NCBI GenBank assembly: GCA_963794945.1
Contig: CAWCFT010000006.1
Coordinates: 117,714-181,713 of the forward strand
Length of the DNA: 64,000 bases
DNA from: Endomicrobiales bacterium
GTDB taxonomy: Bacteria > Elusimicrobiota > Endomicrobiia > Endomicrobiales > CAWCFT01
Direction: 5' to 3'
The notes under the pieces are model-generated. The model did not search any database. It was not told where the DNA came from and saw nothing but the letters and a program-made list of their open reading frames with translations. Positions 23,601 through 32,600 of this stretch are shown piece after piece. A program made the position numbers and the translations under genes. The number at the start of each line of letters is the position of its first letter. The first letter of the stretch is position 1.

Positions 23601-26600
23601 TTCTTTTCCGGAACGCCGGCGACAGTACCTACAAGCACGAACTCTTTGCTGCCGAGTATCGGCCCGTGGTCGTCGCTTTCCGCGGCGGGCGTGTACGAAA
23701 AATTGAAATGATCCGAGATTATTTTGGCGATACGGTTAAGATCATTTTCTTTCCCAACTCCGGAATACAGGTAGTTGACGCTTATGCCATCCAAACCGTA
23801 GCTTTTGCATTCCGCTATAAGGGCGATCAGCATGTTAAGGTTTTGGTCTTTCCCGTCAAATATCCTTTGTTCAACCAGTTTCTCGAGTTCGCCGTCGTTC
23901 ATTTTAGCGCGGAGCGCGCCCATTAGCTCCGGCCCAAGCGGATAGTACAGCATCGGGTGCGCGAGGATCACCTTCCCGCCGTACTGATGAACGGTTTCTA
24001 TAAGCTCCTTATTTGTCAAAATAGGCTGTTGAAAACCGTCTTTATTCAACGCTTTTTTCATGTATTTTGCGTCGTCATAATAGTGGTTGAGCAAATCTAT
24101 AAATACGGTGCTTTTCCTTCCTGCCACCCCGATCACCTTGCGGCGTATAAGTTCGTAAGACTTGTCGCTGAGCATGATCTTCATGACATTTTCAGCTATA
24201 CGGAATTTGCCGGGGTTAGACCCTTCTTTAATTTCAAACGCCTTTTCGATCTCTTCTAGAGAAGCTGTTTTCCTTAAATAGATATCTTTTTTGTTTACCC
24301 CTATGTCCTTGAACCTCAGGCCGGTGACGGCCTCGAACGCGTTATCGGCCGCTTCGAAATCGATATCAAATTTTTGCAGTTTTAATGACCCATGCTTAAA
24401 TATCTTTTTTAAGACTCCCGTCAAAAGTTCTCTTCTAATTTCCGCTTTTCTTCTGTGTTTTTCGCTTAAAGGCTCTATTATTCCCATCTCGTCCGGGCTG
24501 ACATTGGAAATAACCATATCGTACTTTGTACCTTTTTCAGTATTGTCATGAACATTTTTCAATGTGATCTCTGCCGCGGGTACCAGCACTATCCTGTCTT
24601 CAACAGGTTTATTGCTGTTGTACGCATCCACGAACGGTTTCGCGGACAGATATCCCGCAAACGTGTTATGGTCAGTTATCTGCAGCACCTGGACTCCGGC
24701 ACCGATCGCAGCCTTCACCTGATCAATCGCCGTAACGGCGCCGTCGGAACCGGTTGCGGTATGCATGTGCATATCGATCATCCCGTTTTCGCGGTCGGCA
24801 TCAGTAATCGCCGAACCGATCTTGAAACGGCTGTTCCCGAATAATTCCGTCAGGGCATCATTGATCTTTCGCCTGCTGACATTTTTGTCAGAAGGGTTCT
24901 CAATAGCAAGCGCAGGGCCAGCAGCCGGCACATTGGGCGCGGGATCAATTTTATTCTTGCGAAGCGTGTGGCCGGCTTCATGATCTGTATCAACGTTTGA
25001 TGCTTTAGGCGCGCTCTCGCCCCATCTTTCTTCAAGTTTAGCCAGCAGCTCTTTTTCTACAAAACTACTCGCCGGATCCTGCCTAGACCTTACTATATAA
25101 TACTGCGCTACTTTCCTTTTTACGCTTTCGGGAAGCTTCACAACTTCCGGGTCATATAGAAGCCTTGCCATGTTTAATTGGATGCATTTGCCGCAAACGC
25201 CGCATGTTCCTTCAAATAACGGAAATTCTGGAAATTTTTTCATAAACCAGTTTTTTTTAATGGTATACATATCGGAGCTAAGAACACACGGGCTTGTAAG
25301 TTTAAATATTTGAGGGTATTTAATTATAAATTGTCTTATAAGCTCTTCCTCGCTCATCTTATTGATAGGGCTGATCTTTAAGCCCATGCCCTTTTGTTTG
25401 AAAAGTTTTTCCAACGCGTTGTTGCTTTGCACAGTTTCTGCGTACCATGACTCCTCTTCATAAGAGCGCATAGTATTTCATCAGCGCCCTTTTCATAAGC
25501 GATCGGCAGCAACAGCGCGTATATCAAGGCATCCCGCACCTGGAATCCATTCCCCCGTGAACCGTTACGCAATGAATTAATTCAGCGGCACAACAAGCGG
25601 CTTGTTCGGCAATTTTTCGGACAAAATAGACACACTCTTTAATTCCCTTGTCTGAGTCGCCTTGTTAATATTTGCGATATGCACTGGTATCGTATTATTT
25701 TCCAACGTTATGAACGCCGAATCTTTTCCGCCTGAAAGCGTTGAAAGCTTTATTCCTGATGCCTTATAGCCTGGAACCGGCGCGAATTTAGTTTTGGGCC
25801 CGGTTATTCCGGGCATAGGCTGGCCAAAATAATCATACAATCCTTTAAGCCAAACAAGCGCGTCTTCGTCTACCGGAATATCCGTGAATATTTCTTTTAT
25901 TGTGCCATTGGGCTTTGCGTCAGCAAACGCGTAAAACAGCAGGAAGTTGTCGATAAGCCCTTTTATAGTTGGATTGAGGTTTTTGCACCAGGCGATTTGA
26001 TTGTTCTTTTCAAATTCACTAAAATACTTGCTTGATTCTGAACCCTTAGAATATTCAGAAAGGTCATTGACCATGCCAAGCCTCTGGCGGGGTCCGTCTT
26101 CAAGTATAGCCATGCCGTTGCCGTCTCTCACTACGTATATGCTGTCTTTTATCTCATTGATGGGATAGATAGCGTTGGTTTTTAAGCTGTCATCATTTGA
26201 ATATAATTCCCTGTCAACAGCCACCTCAAGCAAACGCATGCGTTTTTTATAAGTTTCCCACATATAACGCTGCAGTGCCCGGGCCTGGCTGAGAGATGTA
26301 TTAACCCATACGCCGCCCCAGTCGCGGTTGCCGGCTTCAACCCATTCTTTGGGCAGATAATTCCATTTATTCATTGAAAATGTAAAGACATTTGGATTTT
26401 CTTTCAGCCCAAGTGATTGGTTGCCTTCAGTGACGATTTTATAGCCTTTTATATACTGCTTGCCATTGATCTCTACTGTTTCCAGTTCATTTGTTCTCTT
26501 GCCTTTATGAACACCTGTCCCCCTGTCTTTTTCATCGGGAAGGTTCATCCCTTCTGCAAGGTTTCGGCCGGAATCATAATTAAGACTCGGAGAGCCAATG

Positions 26601-29600
26601 GCTGTTAGTTCATTTTTGCCGGCAGTATTCGGATTATCGCGGGTATCAGGAGTGTCAAATAAAACTTTGCTGTGTATTTCGCCAACGGTAAGAGTATTGC
26701 CGGGAAAGAAGAGGTTATAAACGAAATGTGAGATTGAATTGGCGAGATAAGCGGCCACGGATGCCGCGAGAATTGAATGTTCAAAACCAAAATACGCGCC
26801 AACACCCGCGAGCAGCGTCAGAGCCCAGATACCAGCCGCGCCCCAACCGCGAAATTTTCCAAGCCCGGCCTTGCCTCTAACTAAGGATACTGTATGCGCT
26901 GTAATATCAACGATGTTCCATACCGGTATCAAAGGCATGGCTAATTGGGTTGTGTGTTCTCTCATCCCCAGTTTTTCACCCAGCCAATAGCTCCAGCTGG
27001 TGGTCAAGACATTGTCGGCTACATCCGGAAGCCGGGAAGTCAAATTCAAATTTTTAGCGCGCAGCGCGCGTCCGGCCTCATCGTTGAACAGGTATGACCG
27101 GCCGTCCTTGGCGATCTCAACTAACTGATGGAGCTGGTCATACCCGGCGGGCTTGGGCGCCGGCATGGCCTCCAGCTTTTTGTATATCTCGCCCAATGCC
27201 AAGTAGGCCTGTTCGCGCGTGATGCCGGCCAGCTCAACAGCCTTTATAACGGCATTGAAATAGTATTCGAAAGCATGGGCAGTATTGCCCGCGGCCATAG
27301 CTTCATCGCCTTTTCGGACATATGCAGCCGAATCCCAATTATCTTCGTCTCCGGCATTGGCAACATGATAGTATATCCCGCTAATATGCGGCCTTCCGGG
27401 CAATACCAGTTTTAAGTTCTTAAATGAATCTTCTATGTATAACCCATTTACTTTGCCTTTTCCGCCATCATTGGCCAGTTCAAACTCATCGAGTTTGCCG
27501 GCCTTATTCTGGGAACCATTTGTGAATATGATCTTTTCAAAATGCATATCCAGCGCGTCAAGTATTTCCCTTGTCCGCTGTTCGTCCATTGCCGGTTCGC
27601 GGGCAGTAAGGCCCACAAGCTCAAAACCCGCTTCCTTGAATTCCTTAAGCATGCGGGGCAGTTCGTCATCCATTCGGCGGAAGAAAAAGCCATTGGCCAT
27701 CTGGCGCCTTTCGTGCGAGTCGCGGTTCCAGCCCCACCAATTGCGCGCTTTATCAAAACCGTATTCTTTATCTACGTTCTCGAACCATTTGCTTGATGAA
27801 ATGTAGCCCATGGAACGGAACAGGGTCAGATCAAAATCAAAGTACAGCCGGTTCATGCCGTTTTCGGCGCGCAGTTTCTTGGCATAATCTACGAGGCCGA
27901 GCCCGTTTATGTTTTCATAAGAGGCCGCCGGCACTATGCCGGCCTTCCTTCACCAGCGGGTCCTGGGCATCGAACTCGCCGCCGCCAAAAACATCGGCCG
28001 CTGTTTTGTTGCTGTTGTCGGTGCGTTCAGAAACGCCTGGTTTTGCAATAATTTTATATGTTATGCCTTGCACTCCGGCGCGGGCCGGCGCCGGCTGGCC
28101 ATCTTCTCCCGCCGGCAATATACCAGCTCTAAGAACTTCCAGATATTTATAAGCGCTGTAAAAAGCTTTTTCCACGTCGCCGCGCGACAAATAAGAATCT
28201 ATTTCTTTCTCATACTTGTTCATGCCAGGCGTGATCTCCATATTTTCATGAAGAACTTTCAGAATCTGCCCTATTCTCTGTTTTATTTTTTCCAGGCCCA
28301 CTTCCTGAGACCTGTTCATATGCGTTAAAAATGTTTTGTCCAGAAATATCTTTGCCCACATCAGGGCATTTTTGGGCGAGGGGGTTCCGGCCGAGTTGTA
28401 AATATCATCCCCCCACACCATCCTGCCAAGGTACCACGCGAAAAGCACAGAATTAACCCTCTCCTGATGGGATAACAGGTACTCTTTGCCAACGGTAATG
28501 CAGTCAAGTTTTCTGGGTATACCTGGAATATCCAGTTTTAAGACCGGCTGTACGCGAGCCTCTTTGACCGCGGGGTCGTCAATTACCGCGATAACATCTA
28601 TGTCGCGCGGATTTTTTTCCGCTTTAAGGATACTGCCGTAAAGGCATACGCTGAGCACTTTATGCCCGTTTAACTGTTTTTCAATAAACGGAAGAAGTTC
28701 TTTGAGCTTCTTTAGCCTCTGGTTTAACGTTTTTATATCCCCGGCTGAAGCGCCTTGCGAAGTTTTCCGCGCGGAAAAACTATTAAAGGCTTCGTCAAAC
28801 CCGGTTTCTCTGGGATGTTCTCCCACTCCCCATTTGTCATATATAAACCAGGTGTTCTCATTGCCCATTTCCGGCACAAATGCCATGTACTCTTCATTAA
28901 CTGACAGGTTGCCCGGCGTAAGGACTTTAAGGCCGTTCAATTCCGTGAATATGTATTTTATCTCGCCGAGCGTTGCCGATTCTCTCAGCGTGGTGAGTAT
29001 CCTGTCTTTCAATATCCGCTCGGCGGCGTACTTTACCCCCGGGTAACGGGCGATAATATGTTCGAAATCTTTCTTCTTCATTGTCAGGAAAACAGCTTGT
29101 TCTCCGGGCTTCACGCGGCACGTGGCGTTGGGAGAGTAATCTTTTTCGAAAAGCGACATTTCGCCGACACACTCGCCCGCTTTCCTTGTTTCAAGGTATT
29201 TTTCAGCGCCGTTAACATTTTTTACGACTTCAACTTCTCCCTGGTCGATCAAAAATATCTTATCGCCCTTTATTCCTTCTTCAATAAATACCGCTGGTTC
29301 ACTGCCGGCTTCCAAGGTTTCTTCTGAAACATATGAAGCGATAAGCTCACGGGTTTTCAAGGGCAGCGAAGAAAATATTTCCATTTTCCCGATCCTTGAG
29401 GCCAGCGTAGTTTTCTTATCAGCCGTTTCACCGACGTTAGCCTGCACGAATTCCGGCGCTTTGGCTGTCTTTGTTTGCCCCACTAATATTATCTCTCCGT
29501 CATTGCTGTTTATAACTGATGTTTCCTTTGACACTGCTCCGATACAGTTAATTGTTTTAGCGCAGCCGCTGGCGCGCATTGCAGAGGCCCTGCTGAGCAT

Positions 29601-32600
29601 ACCGCCAATACCGTTCTGTTTCTATTTTTCCCGTTATGATAATATCCGAAGGGTATTTGACCGGCTCGCCAAAAATAAAATCCGCGGAGTTGTTATCAGA
29701 CAGCTGTTCTTTGGAAAAAGCCGGAACATACACCAGCGTATTTCCGCCCGCTTCGGGGTCGTTCCTGAGCTTTACCATATAATCTTTATGCCGGCCCTTA
29801 AGGAATTCAACGGACAAGCCGCCGGGCAGGAAGAACCTTCTTCCGTCGGAATCAAAATACCGGTCGATAAAATCGTCCGTGAAGTATACGAAATTCCTGA
29901 TATCTGTGTATTCTTTCGTGTTCATTCTACTGATCGCGGGTTCAAGTTCCTTCTTCAATTCCTGCGGAGCGATTATAAATGACCCGTTCAGCGCCATTTT
30001 AACGGCTTGAGCCAGGGTTTTTTCATCGTAACGGGTAAGCACCACATAATCGATGTCTGTTGAAACTCCTTTTTCCTGAAGCTTTGTTTCGATATCACCG
30101 CGCGGGTCTATAACAAATTCCACCAGATGGTTATCGGCGTTGCGGGCAGAAATAAGCAAGGAGGCCGGCGATCCGCCGCTCTCTTTGAAAGGAACGGCCG
30201 TCATCCCTTTTTCAAGCGTGACCGGAGACGAACCGGCAATGCCGGTATTTCGTCCCAGCGGGTTTGTATGTTCGGCAGGCCCTGAGCTTTCTATTTTTTC
30301 CTGCTCTTCAACCGCCTTGAACCATTTCTTCTTGAAAGCTATCAGTGCGTCCCTGTCAGGAACGCCGCCTGCTGTGCCGACAACTATATTCGCTCTGTCA
30401 TTCAAATAAGGGCCGTGGCAGTCCGTTTCTCCAGCCGGCAGGTACTTAAATTCCAGTTTATCGGCAAGTATTTTCGCGATTCGGTTTAAGTTATTGTTCC
30501 TGCTTGCCGTGCCGGAATACAGGTAATTTACGGATATGCCGTCCAGTCCGTAGCTTTTGTATTCCTTCATTATGCCGTATACTTTGCTAATGCCGCTCCC
30601 GTCTTTATTAATCTGGTTTTCAATAAATTCACTCAAACCATTGTCGTTAAAATTGTCCACGGCGTTAATGACATCCTGCTGCCTGTCGATGCCGAAGTAC
30701 CGCATGGGATGGGTTAGTATAGCCTTTCCGCCCTGCTTGTGTATTTCAAAGATCAGCCTTTTAGTGCTCATGAACTCATTTTTGTCCGCGTAGCCGTCCA
30801 GCGTTTGTTTCAATACCTCATTATTTCCATAGAGCGAGAAGTTTTTTCCCATAAGCGCCTGATATACCGGTACCGCACGCCCAATGTTATCTGATACCTT
30901 CTTTGTTACTATTTTAAAACTGGAAGGCGTGAGGACCCTGTACAGCACACCTTCCGCCGTCCTGGTCCTGCTGGGATTAATTTCTTCTTTTACCGTCAAA
31001 AATTGTTTTAGTTCGGCTAGATCGATATCAGATAGCGGCCTGATGATAAAATCCTTTTGGCTTAAACCTATGTCTGCCAATGTCTTCATGCTCTTTCCTG
31101 CCAGCAGCGAATCAGCTTCTTGCAGGTCAATTTTAAAATTACCGCTTGCGATCAATCCATAAAAATAATCGTTCAGTACCCGGTTTAACAGCCTCGCTTT
31201 ATCCGCGGAAAAGTATTTAGCTAACATTTGAGCAGTTCTATTTACGTTAATATTCGAAGCTACTATCTCTATCCCGGTAGTTTTGACGGCTCCGTTATCT
31301 TCCTTGCCCCTTAACTCGATCTCCACTGCCGGAACGAGCACGATCTTATCTTCCAGCTGCCTGTTCTTATTTATTTCGTTAACGTATTTTTCGGCGCGTT
31401 CAAGCGAAAAGACCGTGTCATGGTTTGTCAATTGAATTACCTGGTCGCCGGCGTCAACCGCGTTTTGGATCTGCTCTTCGACGGTTGCCGTGCCGTCAAA
31501 CCCGTCCGAATCATGCATGTGCAGGTCTATCATTCCGTTTTTCCGGTCGGTTTCAGTTATCTCTGGGCCTACCTTAAACTTACTGTTCGCGTAGAGGGCT
31601 TCCAACGCGTCGCTTTTTATCATCTGCAGAAGCGCGTATTTGTCCAGCTTGCCCAGGCTTAAAAGTTTTGAGCTTACAAACGGGTTATCTATCGCTTCCA
31701 CAAGCGCTCTTTGAATAGGGCTCTTCGCCAGTTCAAGCAGGTTTTCCTTAACTACCGCGTTATCCGCTGTAATCTGCTGGAGTATTTCGGGGAAAGCGCT
31801 GAGTTCCCGCATGGGTACATGCTCGTAGTTCTCTATCGCTTCCTGGACATTCCTGTCGTTAGCGATCTTAAATATCAGGCCGTCGCTGCCAAACAGGTCT
31901 TTCTGTGCTCCATAAACCGCGAAAGTCTTTAAAAGCTTATAGATCAGCTCTGTCGAGGCAAGCGGGTTTACAAATATTTCCATCGCGGCCGTAATTTTAT
32001 TGAACTCGCTTAACGCGGCTTTTACAGCTTGCGGGTTAAATGTCGTTTTTGTTTTTTCTTCTATCTTCGCAAGGACATCGGAAATATTGAATCTTTTCTT
32101 CTCGTCCGCAGTGATCTGGATCCTTTCTCCGTTGAGCTCCACGATTATTCTATCTTTATCGATGTCTATCACCTTCGCACCCATTGAACCAAGCGCAAGA
32201 GCGAGGGCGTTAGTGCCGAACAGTTTCGCCTGCTGTTTAGCAAGTTCAGCGTATATGATGCCGGATCCATCGGCGCCCGTGGTGATATTCGGCGTTACCG
32301 CTAGATAAGATATTTGCCTGTCCCGCAGTATTTTCTTCAGGTCTTCGGTATGGAAACCGCCTGTAATTACAACTATTATTTCGGATTTTTTCAGCTGCTC
32401 GGAAAGGGTATTGTCTGCTGCGGATTTGGCAACGTCTTTGGAGATCCGCATGCCGGTCAGCGGCAGGTTTTTTATAAAACATTCGTTGCGCCTGCAGTTG
32501 CATTCATAAAAATCGTTGAGCAGGCCAAAATATTTTGTCAGGTCTTTTATCTTGCTGTCATATGAGTACTTGTTCCATACCGAATCGAACTTCTCGAACC

